The notes below the pieces were generated by a model. It ran no database searches, was not told the DNA's origin, and was given only the letters and a program-made list of their open reading frames with translations. This document shows, piece by piece, positions 38,161 through 47,225 of a stretch of 64,000 nt of DNA. Source of the stretch: a virus (Duplodnaviria; Caudoviricetes); the IMG/VR virus record IMGVR_UViG_2974518997_000001, positions 33,758 through 97,757 of that record, one strand, 5' to 3'. The position numbers were made by a program, and so were the translations under genes. The first letter of the stretch is position 1; each line of letters begins with the position of its first letter.

Positions 38161-40179
38161 GTGACTGACGACGTAAAGCCGAAGAATCTGTTCGTTCCAG
38201 GTGGACCGGAGCGGTATCAGCATCAGAAACGAGGACTCCAAAAGATCATCCAGACGCGCGGTGTCTGCGCGCTTCTGTTCGACCCGGGCACGGGTAAGAC
38301 GGCGACGACGCTGGACTTCATCAGCCTCCTCGCGCTGAAGAGTCCGGACAAGCTCGACTCGTTCGGCCGTCTGGTGAAGGAGGCTCGCGTCCTGGTGGTC
38401 GCGCCGCTCGCGGCGATCGACACGTGGGTGCTCCAGTCCTCGAAGTGGGTCGCCGACGGCGTGAACTTCTGGGCGGAGGCTCTCGGCGGATCGATCCTCG
38501 ATCGCGCGGAGACGATGGCCGCTCGCGGTGGTCAGCCGTTCCTCGAAACGGTCTCTCGCTTCATCATGAAGGCGCAGGACCTCGAGGACCAGGACATGAA
38601 CATTCCGGTCCCGTTCGCGTACACGCCTCCGCGCACGCCGCGCTGGGTGTCGGCTCTGAAGAAGAGCGCGACGTTCCTGCACGAGAGCGGCATCGATGAG
38701 AAGCGCTCGCGCACGTCGCTCAAGACGAAGTTCAGCCGGTCGTACCCGATGATCGAGAAGAAGGTGATCCACGAGACGGTCGACGAGCTGTGCGCGACGG
38801 AGTGGGCGAAGCCTCTCAAGCGCGCTCCTCGGGCGCTGAACGTCGACAAGGCGATCGAGGTCTCGTACCGCGCGGACAGCCGGGGCAGTGACCGCCCGCT
38901 GACGCTCACCGAGGGTCCGGACGGCCTGGGCAAGGACAAGCCTCGCATCGTGCTCCTGGCGACGAACTTCGACACGTTCCAGACGCGGCAGATGGTGCCG
39001 GGCACGTCGAAGTCCATGGCCGATCAGCTCCTCGAGGCTGTGCGCCGGTTCGATCCGGACCTGGTGGTCGTGGACGAGGCTCACAAGATCAAGAGCCCTC
39101 GGTCGAACGTGTCCCGGCTCCTCGGTCGCATCGGCGAGAACGTGCCGCGGCGCATCGCGCTCACGGGCACGATCATGCCGGCGGGACCTCTCGACGTCTG
39201 GGGCGTGTGGCGGTTCCTCGAGCCGTTCGCGTTCGGACCGACCCTGCCGGACGGCACGAAGCGACGGCTGTCGTACGAGGGCTTCAAGGAGAAGTACGCG
39301 GTGCTCGGCGGCTACATGGGCAAGGAGGTGAAGGGCTACAAGAACCTCGACGAGATGCAGAACATCATGTCGATCAACTCGTCGGTGGCCCGGAAGGCGG
39401 ACGCTCTGCCGGACCTCCCGAAGGCGCTGGACGTCGAGGTGCCGATCATCCTGAACCCGGCTGAGCTGAAGGCCTACAAGGACATGAAGCAGGGCTTGGT
39501 GGCTCAGCTGATCGATCCGGCGACGGGCGGTCTGCTCCCGGCCACGGCAGGCTCCCGGCTCACGCAGATGCTCAGGCTCCGCCAGATCACCTCGGGACAC
39601 CTGCCTGACGACAACGGCGGCCTGCACCGCCTCGGCGACTCGAAGGTGGCGGCGATCGCGTCGATCGCGGAGGACAAGCTGATCGGCGAGAACCGCATCG
39701 TGATCTTCTGCTACTTCATCGACGAGCTGCACGCTCTGCAGAAGAAGCTGGAGCGGGACGGCAACGAGCTCATGATCATCGACGGCTCGACACCGGCGAC
39801 CGAGCGGCTGAAGATGCGTCAGCGCTTCGGTGACCGGGACGTGAAGGACCGGATCATCATGATCACCCAGATCCGGACGATGAGCCTGGCGGTCAACGAG
39901 CTGGTGACGGCGAGCCACGCGATCTTCGGCTCGCTGCCGCAGACGCGCGATGACATCGTCCAGGCGCGTGACCGGCTCGACCGCATCGGCCAGACGCTCC
40001 CGTGCACGTTCTGGTTCGTGCTGGCACCGGCGACGATCGACACCGCGATCTACCAGTCGTACCGGGACAAGACGAGCCTCGAGGGTGCGGTGCTCGCGCA
40101 CATTCTCGACCTCGATCCCGAGACGGCTGAGCAGATCATGGTGCTCACGCCGGATCAGCTGGCGTCGATTGGTGCATGA
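38161..40179 (+). CDS. SNF2/SF2 DNA helicase
   Basis: DPGTGKT; VVAP; DEAH; LTGT; LRQI; QARDRLDRIGQ. Confidence 0.92.
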   Translation: MTDDVKPKNLFVPGGPERYQHQKRGLQKIIQTRGVCALLFDPGTGKTATTLDFISLLALKSPDKLDSFGRLVKEARVLVVAPLAAIDTWVLQSSKWVADGVNFWAEALGGSILDRAETMAARGGQPFLETVSRFIMKAQDLEDQDMNIPVPFAYTPPRTPRWVSALKKSATFLHESGIDEKRSRTSLKTKFSRSYPMIEKKVIHETVDELCATEWAKPLKRAPRALNVDKAIEVSYRADSRGSDRPLTLTEGPDGLGKDKPRIVLLATNFDTFQTRQMVPGTSKSMADQLLEAVRRFDPDLVVVDEAHKIKSPRSNVSRLLGRIGENVPRRIALTGTIMPAGPLDVWGVWRFLEPFAFGPTLPDGTKRRLSYEGFKEKYAVLGGYMGKEVKGYKNLDEMQNIMSINSSVARKADALPDLPKALDVEVPIILNPAELKAYKDMKQGLVAQLIDPATGGLLPATAGSRLTQMLRLRQITSGHLPDDNGGLHRLGDSKVAAIASIAEDKLIGENRIVIFCYFIDELHALQKKLERDGNELMIIDGSTPATERLKMRQRFGDRDVKDRIIMITQIRTMSLAVNELVTASHAIFGSLPQTRDDIVQARDRLDRIGQTLPCTFWFVLAPATIDTAIYQSYRDKTSLEGAVLAHILDLDPETAEQIMVLTPDQLASIGA

Positions 40180-40472
40180 TGTCTCGCTCGAAGCATGCAC
40201 CCGAGCCAGGGATGATGTTCATCAGCGGCGTCGACTATCACGACGGCGAGCGGTGGCGTCTGTACGTGAACAGCCGGTGGCTGTGGAAGTACGTGCTGGT
40301 CGATCAGAAGACGGCGCAGATCGCGTGGCGCGCGCTGTCGACGCTCGACCGCCTCGAGGTCGCGATCCCCGAGGATGCCGAGGTCTTCCAGGTGCCCGTG
40401 GAGGAGCGCTGGGAGGGTCCGGAGGGCGAGAAGGAGGCCTACCGGAGGCTCGTCGAGGGACTGGCATCGTGA
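40176..40472 (+). CDS. Hypothetical protein
   Basis: Overlap coupling. Confidence 0.65.
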   Translation: MMSRSKHAPEPGMMFISGVDYHDGERWRLYVNSRWLWKYVLVDQKTAQIAWRALSTLDRLEVAIPEDAEVFQVPVEERWEGPEGEKEAYRRLVEGLAS

Positions 40473-40474
40473 CC

Positions 40475-40729
40475 ATGGTCCGCGACTACGAACGGCTGAC
40501 GAAGGCGGACGTGCCCGCATTCGACCAGGAGGCGCTGAAGCTCCTGTGCGAGATGCAGGACGCCGGCTGGCGCGGACGGGTCAGCGTACGGGGTCACGCG
40601 ATCCTGTACGCGCCTGACGGCGTGACGACGGCGGCCTTTGCCCGCTCGTCGCTGCGCGGTCGCTCGGGTCGGAACGCCCGGGCGACGTTCGAGAGATGGA
40701 AGCGCGCACAGAGGGGCGAGGGAGAGTGA
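40475..40729 (+). CDS. HicA-like small protein
   Basis: AGW....RGH..L..PDG pattern; size fits the HicA fold. Confidence 0.5.
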   Translation: MVRDYERLTKADVPAFDQEALKLLCEMQDAGWRGRVSVRGHAILYAPDGVTTAAFARSSLRGRSGRNARATFERWKRAQRGEGE

Positions 40730-41022
40730 CGGCGAAGCGGTACATCTGCAACATCGACGGCTGCACGAAGGAGTTCCACGACGATCGCGGGCTGGGCATC
40801 CACCGGGCGAGCCACCTCGGGCAGAAGGAGAAGTGCCCGCGGTGCGGCAAGCAGGTGAAGTACCTCGACACGCACATGCGTCGAGTGCACACCGAGGACC
40901 CGGAGAAGGTGCTCGAGAGCATCACCTCGCTGTTCGTGGAACTCGAGCTGGCGCGGCAGACCATCACCGAGCTTCGACAGCAGTTGATCGAGGCTCGACA
41001 GCATCACACAGACACACCCTGA
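40726..41022 (+). CDS. Tandem C2H2 zinc-finger protein
   Basis: Cx4Cx12Hx3H followed by Cx2Cx9Hx4H. Confidence 0.75.
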   Translation: MTAKRYICNIDGCTKEFHDDRGLGIHRASHLGQKEKCPRCGKQVKYLDTHMRRVHTEDPEKVLESITSLFVELELARQTITELRQQLIEARQHHTDTP

Positions 41023-41112
41023 TTCCATTCCTCTATTCCATTCCTCCCTCCTCCCTATCTATAGATAGGGAGGGAGGAAAGAGGAAAGGAATGAATCAGG
41101 AAAGGGAATCGA
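41019..41112. repeat. Polypyrimidine/hairpin/polypurine element, copy B (inverted relative to copy A)
   Basis: Central palindrome CCCTATCTATAGATAGGG; shares a 26-mer and GGAATAGAGGAAT with copy A on the opposite strand. Confidence 0.8.
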
Positions 41113-41130
41113 ACGAGAGAAGAGGAACGA

Positions 41131-42489
41131 GTGATTCACGACGAGACGGACTACTTCGACTACGACGGGGAGAAGGTCCAGGCGCACTACAGCAGCCTCA
41201 CGATGCACCGAAAGTGCCCGGAGGCGTGGTTCTTCCGGTACAACCTGGGACTGCGTCAGAGGCCCAGTGGCGGGCCGATGACGTACATGCACGCGGGGTC
41301 TTGGTGGGGCGCTCTGCGCGCGGCGGACATCTACGAGCGCGGACGCCAGATCGGTTCCCTGCTGACCGGCGCGGCGTTCGGGCGACCCTTCGGCGCGACG
41401 GACACCTACAGCGACGACGGGACTCCGGTGCCGAAGTTCGACCCGGCGAGCGTGACGCGCAAGGACGTGCTCATGGCCGCGATGGTCTGGTGGAAGCGTC
41501 TGCCGCAGGAGCACAAGGACGACTTCATCGAGAAGATCGGCAAGCCGCTGGTCCCGCACCTGATCTACACCTTCGAGCAGTGGCGCGATCGCTTCGGCGC
41601 GGAGACGAAGACCGAGCGGCCTCTCGGTGCTGAGGTGTTCTGGAAGCGCCGTCTGCCGCGCCCGGAGGGTGATGCCGCGTGGGCCGGGAACGAGGAGCTT
41701 CCGGAGATGTGGCTTCTCGGGTATGTCGATGAGGTCTACGAGGACACCGAGCGCGGCCTGATCGTCGTGCGCGACCACAAGTTCAACAAGAACATCGGCG
41801 TGCACACGGTCATCGACGACATGATGGACAGTCAGCTCGAGCTGTACGGCTGGGGCATGGGTCCGGCTCTGCAAGCGGCGGGCGTCGACCAGGTGCGCGC
41901 AGTGGCCTACGACCGGGCGAAGAGCGTGGCTCCGAAGCCTCCGACTCTCACGACGGCCGGACGGCTGGCATCACGCGGCGGCGAGCCCTCGGTGAACTCC
42001 TCGGACCTGCGGACCTACCTCGAGTGGGCGAACGGGCCGGAGGGCAACGGCATCGAGTGGCGTGGGGCTGCGATCCCGATGAACAAGGCCGAGAAGGAGG
42101 ATCCCTCCCTCGGGCGTCGGTACAAGGAGGGCGGTGTATATACACCCGAGCCGGCGATCATCGACAAGCTCTCCTCGGAGGCCCAGCGTGCGCAGTGGTT
42201 CCAGCGGAAGCTGATCCCGCTGAACACGAACGTCGTGAAGGCGCATCTGCGCGCGGCGATCGATAGCGCGACGGATATCTGGCGCACGACGAAGCGGGCG
42301 GAGCTGACCGGCGGTGCCTCGAGGAACCTCTCGAACGCGAACTGCCAGTGGTGCGACTTCCAGGCGATCTGCCAGGCGCGCATGCGAGGCGGCAACCAGG
42401 GCGTCTACGACCTCGTGGACTACGGCCTGGTGTCGAAGCGCGGCGAGGTGCTGGCGGGCGGCAAGATCCTCGAGCTGGCGAACTCCTGA
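41131..42489 (+). CDS. PD-(D/E)XK Cas4/RecB-like exonuclease
   Basis: SSL...KCP; GYVD; VRDHK; QL.LY; CxWCDFxxIC. Confidence 0.85.
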   Translation: MIHDETDYFDYDGEKVQAHYSSLTMHRKCPEAWFFRYNLGLRQRPSGGPMTYMHAGSWWGALRAADIYERGRQIGSLLTGAAFGRPFGATDTYSDDGTPVPKFDPASVTRKDVLMAAMVWWKRLPQEHKDDFIEKIGKPLVPHLIYTFEQWRDRFGAETKTERPLGAEVFWKRRLPRPEGDAAWAGNEELPEMWLLGYVDEVYEDTERGLIVVRDHKFNKNIGVHTVIDDMMDSQLELYGWGMGPALQAAGVDQVRAVAYDRAKSVAPKPPTLTTAGRLASRGGEPSVNSSDLRTYLEWANGPEGNGIEWRGAAIPMNKAEKEDPSLGRRYKEGGVYTPEPAIIDKLSSEAQRAQWFQRKLIPLNTNVVKAHLRAAIDSATDIWRTTKRAELTGGASRNLSNANCQWCDFQAICQARMRGGNQGVYDLVDYGLVSKRGEVLAGGKILELANS

Positions 42490-42734
42490 GGAAGGCCCGA
42501 GCCGCGGTGGGACAACGGCGAGAGTGTCCCTCTCCCGCTACCGCGGCTCGGACCGACGCGAGGTCTCGGTCTCGATCTCAGTCACATCGCTCAGGCGTGG
42601 TAGCCGCTATGAATCGGCGCATCATTGACCGTGGGACGGTATCCATGTCCGACTGCCGTCGAGCCTAGCGTGCTACATCGGTCGGAAAGTAATCGGGTCG
42701 GGTATCACATTTTCTCCCACACTCGCGTCCTCCC

Positions 42735-42770
42735 GTGCTACACTTGTACTACAGGGAGGAAGGGCCTCCC
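42735..42770 (+). promoter_or_regulatory. Extended -10 promoter (GTGCTACACT) plus 5' AAGGG-loop hairpin, copy 5
   Basis: GGGAGG-AAGGG-CCTCCC at 42754-42770. Confidence 0.75.
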
Positions 42771-42788
42771 GGGTTGGGATGTAACACC

Positions 42789-43058
42789 ATGGCTACTCTG
42801 ATGAGCGCTGACGAACTCTTCAAGCGGACACAGATCGCGCGCGACGCCTACATGCAGACGGGCTTCCTCGGCGGCTACCGCGAGGTGCGCAGTGACCTGG
42901 TCAACTGGCTCGAGCACAACACGGACGATGAGGTCCAGCTGGCGTACCTGCCCGGCATGTTCGACGTGGCCACGCTGGCACCATTCGCCTCGGAGGTCTA
43001 CAACTACGCCTGGCAGGAACTGCTGAACGGCCTCGAGGAAGTCGAGCGCAACGCGTGA
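42789..43058 (+). CDS. Hypothetical protein
   Basis: First gene after promoter copy 5. Confidence 0.7.
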   Translation: MATLMSADELFKRTQIARDAYMQTGFLGGYREVRSDLVNWLEHNTDDEVQLAYLPGMFDVATLAPFASEVYNYAWQELLNGLEEVERNA

Positions 43059-43333
43059 ACGTCGAGATCAACGACATCGTCCTGCTCGGGCTGTTCATCC
43101 TCGTCGGATCTGTCGCGCTGATCGTCGGTGCTGCGCTGGGCGCGTACAGCGCGTTCCGCCAGACGAAGGACGACGAGGCGAAGGCCTGGGACAAGGGCTA
43201 CCGCGCTGGGACCCGTGATTCGGTGAGCGCGCTGACTGGCCTCAACTCGGAGTCGACCAAGACCCCGAATCCCCACAGACTCCGCGGGCCCTTCCCGCGG
43301 CGCACAAAGGCGGAAGACGCTCCCCACGTCTGA
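43055..43333 (+). CDS. Single-TM membrane protein
   Basis: N-terminal hydrophobic helix. Confidence 0.7.
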   Translation: MNVEINDIVLLGLFILVGSVALIVGAALGAYSAFRQTKDDEAKAWDKGYRAGTRDSVSALTGLNSESTKTPNPHRLRGPFPRRTKAEDAPHV

Positions 43334-43410
43334 GCCGTGCGGGTCGTCTCTCTCCTCCCCCTCAGGAGAGAGACGGCTCGGGCAGCTTGGCCCGCAACCT
43401 AAGGAGAATC

Positions 43411-45486
43411 ATGAAGAAGGCACTTCCCGGCTGGATCGCAGCCACTGTCGCCGGCGGGCTTCTGCTCGCCAGCCCGACCGCCGCTTCGGCGACGCTCACT
43501 CACGAAGAACCCAAGACCGATTCGTTCGGTGTCTGCGTTCCGACCGACGACACGACGACGACCGTCGTGACGCCCGCCGTCGGCACGCCTACCATCGAGG
43601 TCAAGAACCCCGAGTACGTCCCGGCGACGCCCGGTACGCCCGAGGTTCCGGCCGTCGGTGAGCCGACGATCAAGGTCCCGAACCCGGATTACGTGCCCGG
43701 AGTCCCCGGCACCCCGGGAACGCCCGCGATCGGTGACGAGACGATCGAGATCCCGAACCCGTCGTACGTCCCGGCTGTTCCGGGCACCGAAGGCACTCCG
43801 GAGATCCCGGCAGTCGGCGAGCCGACGATCTCGGTTCCCAACCCCGACTACGTGCCGGCTGTCCCGGCCACGCCCGGCACTCCGGCGATCGGCGACCCGA
43901 AGATCGAGGTCCCGAATCTCGACTACGTCCCCGCCGTGCCCGCCGTCCCGGCGAAGCCCGCCGTGGGCGAGCCGACCATCGAAGTCCCCAACCCGGACTA
44001 CGTCGCTCCGACGTACACGCCCGGCTACTGGAAGCACGTCCCCGCGACGTACACCCCGGGAGTCGGCACGCCGAAGATCACCGTCGAGAACCCCGACTAC
44101 GTTCCGGCCGTCCCCGCGACGCCTGGATCGCCTGCCGTCGGCACCCCGACGATCATCGTGACCAAGCCGAACCCGGACTACGTCCCGGCTGTCGCGGAGA
44201 TCCCCGAGCAGTCGCACACCGACTACGTGGCGAAGCGCTACGTCATCGACCAGCACGCACAGCCCGCGGTCACGAAGACGCAGTGGCGCTACGTGAAGAA
44301 CGGCGGCTACGGCGAGGTCTGGCTCGACTCGAACGCCGAGCAGAAGGTCAAGATCAACGGCTACTGGTACGAGCGCACGAGCAAGACGCGCACCGTCGAG
44401 GTCACGCCCGCACAGCCCGAGAAGGGTCACTGGGAGCAGCAGACCTTCCACGAGTACCCCGGAGCCGGCTGGACGATCCTCTCGGAGTCGAAGCACGTGA
44501 CCCAGGCCTATGTGCCCGGCACTCCCGCGCAGGGCTCGGAGACCATCGAGGTCGAGGAGACGAACCCCGACTACGTGCCCGCGGTTCCCGCGACGGACGA
44601 GATCCCGGCTGTCGGAACGCCGACGATCGAGATCGACAACCCCGACTACGTCGCGCCGGTCTACACCCCGGCCACGAAGGTCTGGGTGCCGCCGGTCTAC
44701 ACGCCCGCGGTCGGCTCGAAGACGATCACCGTCGACAACCCGGACTACCAGCCGGCGACGCCGGAGATCCCGGGCACTCCCGCCGTGGGCGAGCCCTCGA
44801 TCATCATCGACAACCCGGAGTACGTGCCCGCCGTTCCCGGCACGCCGGAGATCCCTGCGGTCGGCGAGGAGAACATCCAGGTGCCGAACCCGGAGTACGT
44901 TCCTGCGGTTCCGGCTGTTCCCGGAACGCCCGGAACCCCGGCTGTCGGCAACCCGACCGTGACCGTGCCGAACCCGGCATACGTCCCGGCCGTGCCGAGC
45001 ACTCCGGACATCCCGGCGATTGGTGAGCCCGAGCTCGAGGTGCCGAACCCCGCGTACGTGCCGGCGATCCCCGCGGTCCCCGGTACTCCCGCCGTCGGCG
45101 AGGAGACGATCACGGTGATCAACCCGGACTACGTGCCCGAGAAGATCACGATCGTCGTCGTGCCCGGTGTCGACTGCCCCGTCGTCCCCGAGGAGCCCGA
45201 GGAGCCCACGACTCCGGAGGAGCCCACCACTCCCGAGGAGCCGAAGCCCGAGGAGCCCGCGGTCGTGACGCCTCCGGCCGAGCAGAAGCCGGTTCAGGCC
45301 GCGGTCACCACCCGCGCCGCGGCGAAGCAGGCCTCGGCGAACACGCTGGCTGAGACGGGCGTCGACGGAGCCACGAAGCTCTGGGCCCTCTCGGGAGGCG
45401 CGCTGGCCGTGGCGGTCGGAGCGGGTCTGACGGTGCTCGGCATCCGTCGTCGCGACGTCGCTGGCCAGAACAACCAGCAGGACTGA
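43411..45486 (+). CDS. Sortase-anchored (LAETG) cell-surface protein with 16 NPxYVP repeats
   Basis: AAGGAG RBS; signal peptide ending ASA; LAETG, TM helix and RRRD tail. Confidence 0.85.
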   Translation: MKKALPGWIAATVAGGLLLASPTAASATLTHEEPKTDSFGVCVPTDDTTTTVVTPAVGTPTIEVKNPEYVPATPGTPEVPAVGEPTIKVPNPDYVPGVPGTPGTPAIGDETIEIPNPSYVPAVPGTEGTPEIPAVGEPTISVPNPDYVPAVPATPGTPAIGDPKIEVPNLDYVPAVPAVPAKPAVGEPTIEVPNPDYVAPTYTPGYWKHVPATYTPGVGTPKITVENPDYVPAVPATPGSPAVGTPTIIVTKPNPDYVPAVAEIPEQSHTDYVAKRYVIDQHAQPAVTKTQWRYVKNGGYGEVWLDSNAEQKVKINGYWYERTSKTRTVEVTPAQPEKGHWEQQTFHEYPGAGWTILSESKHVTQAYVPGTPAQGSETIEVEETNPDYVPAVPATDEIPAVGTPTIEIDNPDYVAPVYTPATKVWVPPVYTPAVGSKTITVDNPDYQPATPEIPGTPAVGEPSIIIDNPEYVPAVPGTPEIPAVGEENIQVPNPEYVPAVPAVPGTPGTPAVGNPTVTVPNPAYVPAVPSTPDIPAIGEPELEVPNPAYVPAIPAVPGTPAVGEETITVINPDYVPEKITIVVVPGVDCPVVPEEPEEPTTPEEPTTPEEPKPEEPAVVTPPAEQKPVQAAVTTRAAAKQASANTLAETGVDGATKLWALSGGALAVAVGAGLTVLGIRRRDVAGQNNQQD

Positions 45487-45494
45487 TCCTGCGG

Positions 45495-45527
45495 CTCGCC
45501 TCCACCGCCCGAACGGTGGAGGCGGGT
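45495..45527 (+). terminator. Hairpin after surface-protein gene
   Basis: CGCCTCCACCG...CGGTGGAGGCG. Confidence 0.55.
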
Positions 45528-45571
45528 CGGGACGATCAGCTCTCGATCAACGCTCAGATGAAGGGATAGTC

Positions 45572-46468
45572 ATGAGCACTGAAATCCAGGAGTACGCCGT
45601 CACGTTCGGCGTGCAGTACGGCCGCTTGCCGGACGCCGACCAACACCCGCAGGGCTTCCACGGCGATGAGTACATCGTCATCGAGGCTCCTGACGAGGTC
45701 GTGGCACGGAAGATCGTGTTCGCGATCGTGAGCGACCGCTGGGCGGGGCTCTACCCGCTCGAGGAGTTCGTCACGCATCCGATGCGCGGCACGTGGCACC
45801 CGAACGGCGAGGTCCTTCGGATCGCGTGGCAGACGCCGGATCAGATGAACGACATCATGAACACGATGGAGTCGATCGTCGAGGGTCACCCGGCGACGCC
45901 CGACAGCACGCTTCTCTCGCAGGCGAAGCCCGGCGAGGCGTGGCAGATCAGCTGGTACAAGAACCCGAAGCTCCGCAAGACGGAGGCGGCGATCATCACC
46001 ACGGCGGGCCGTCTGCTGATGCGAGATGCCGACGGCGACCACAAGTACATGGATCGCGACGACGAGCGCATCGAGAGCGCTGTGCGCATCTGGCGCGGTG
46101 ACATCCTGCCGGTGCCCGCGCCGGAGCCGACGATCAGCGATCACATGGACAGCGTCCGTGACCGCTTCGCGGCCATGGGCTCTCCTCGGGCCGTCGCCGA
46201 CAAGGCGGAAGCGGTTGAGCTGGAGAAGCGCGCGGCTCAGCGCGCTGACCGTCACCGTGCGGATGACGAGGCCGCTGAGGTCTACGCGAACCGCCCGACC
46301 GCCACCGATCTGCTCGAGGAGGCCGACAACCCGTTCATCTGGGACGGTCGAGGCCCTCTGGCGATCCTCGCAGTCCATGCCCACGTGCACGAGCCGTCCG
46401 GCACGTGCCTCAAGAACCGATTCGGCGCGCTGTGCACGCCTCTCGTCCAGAGCGGAGAAGAAGAATGA
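45572..46468 (+). CDS. Hypothetical protein
   Basis: RBS; VTFG motif; phage-like codon use. Confidence 0.7.
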   Translation: MSTEIQEYAVTFGVQYGRLPDADQHPQGFHGDEYIVIEAPDEVVARKIVFAIVSDRWAGLYPLEEFVTHPMRGTWHPNGEVLRIAWQTPDQMNDIMNTMESIVEGHPATPDSTLLSQAKPGEAWQISWYKNPKLRKTEAAIITTAGRLLMRDADGDHKYMDRDDERIESAVRIWRGDILPVPAPEPTISDHMDSVRDRFAAMGSPRAVADKAEAVELEKRAAQRADRHRADDEAAEVYANRPTATDLLEEADNPFIWDGRGPLAILAVHAHVHEPSGTCLKNRFGALCTPLVQSGEEE

Positions 46469-46833
46469 CCAGCATCGTGGCGCGCGCGGCGCGCGAGTTC
46501 CTGAACGACGAGGCGAAGCGCGAGAAGCGCCCTCGGTTCACCGAAGGTGACCGGAACAGCCTGCACTGGTACGTCAACACCCTGGAGGACGTCACGGGCG
46601 ACTCCGCCTTCGTACACGCTCAGCGAGGCCGTGCGGCGGTCGACCTGATCGGCTACGGCGGTGAGGAGGACGAGGAGCCGGCGGTCAACGTGATCGCGGA
46701 CATCCTCCAGCACGTGAAGGCGATCGGCCTGGACCCGATGACCGTTCTCGCGCACGCTCGGGCGGAGTTTTTCCGCGACGAGAAGCTGGGGCCGATCGGC
46801 GTCCCCTCGGAAGACTCGGAGGTGCTGTCGTGA
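46465..46833 (+). CDS. Hypothetical protein
   Basis: ATGA overlap; IADIL.H motif. Confidence 0.7.
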   Translation: MTSIVARAAREFLNDEAKREKRPRFTEGDRNSLHWYVNTLEDVTGDSAFVHAQRGRAAVDLIGYGGEEDEEPAVNVIADILQHVKAIGLDPMTVLAHARAEFFRDEKLGPIGVPSEDSEVLS

Positions 46834-47225
46834 GCTTCGAGACGACCGTGGAGGTCCGCGGCACGAAGTACTTCGCCGAGCTGGTGCGCATCACGCGCAC
46901 GCACATCGGCTACGAGGATCACGGGATCTTCTCCATGAACATCGACTTCGAGGGCCTCTCGGGAGGCTGGGGTCAGGGCCTCGGCCATCGGTTCATGACG
47001 GACCCGATCGTCTTCCACACCTGGATCCAGCTGATCGTCGATCATTTCGGACCCTGGCAGGACCTCAAGGGCAAGGAGCTCTACGCCCTGTACGAGAAGA
47101 AGAACCAGGAGATCGTGGGCCTGGCGAGCAAGTCGGACCAGAGCAGGATCTTCACTCTCGGAGACGTGGACATGCTCATCGCCAAGGCGCGCGAAGAGTA
47201 CCTCGCATCGGTGGTGAGCGAATAA
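46830..47225 (+). CDS. Hypothetical protein
   Basis: GYEDHGI...GGWGQG.G motif; GGAGG RBS. Confidence 0.7.
   Translation: MSFETTVEVRGTKYFAELVRITRTHIGYEDHGIFSMNIDFEGLSGGWGQGLGHRFMTDPIVFHTWIQLIVDHFGPWQDLKGKELYALYEKKNQEIVGLASKSDQSRIFTLGDVDMLIAKAREEYLASVVSE

Noticed and set aside
38520-38940. Intein in the helicase
   Set aside because: No N-terminal Cys/Ser block, HN/C terminus or LAGLIDADG motif.
41131-42489. Cas4-like nuclease as evidence of CRISPR
   Set aside because: No repeat-spacer array or other cas genes; solo PD-(D/E)XK exonucleases are common in phages.
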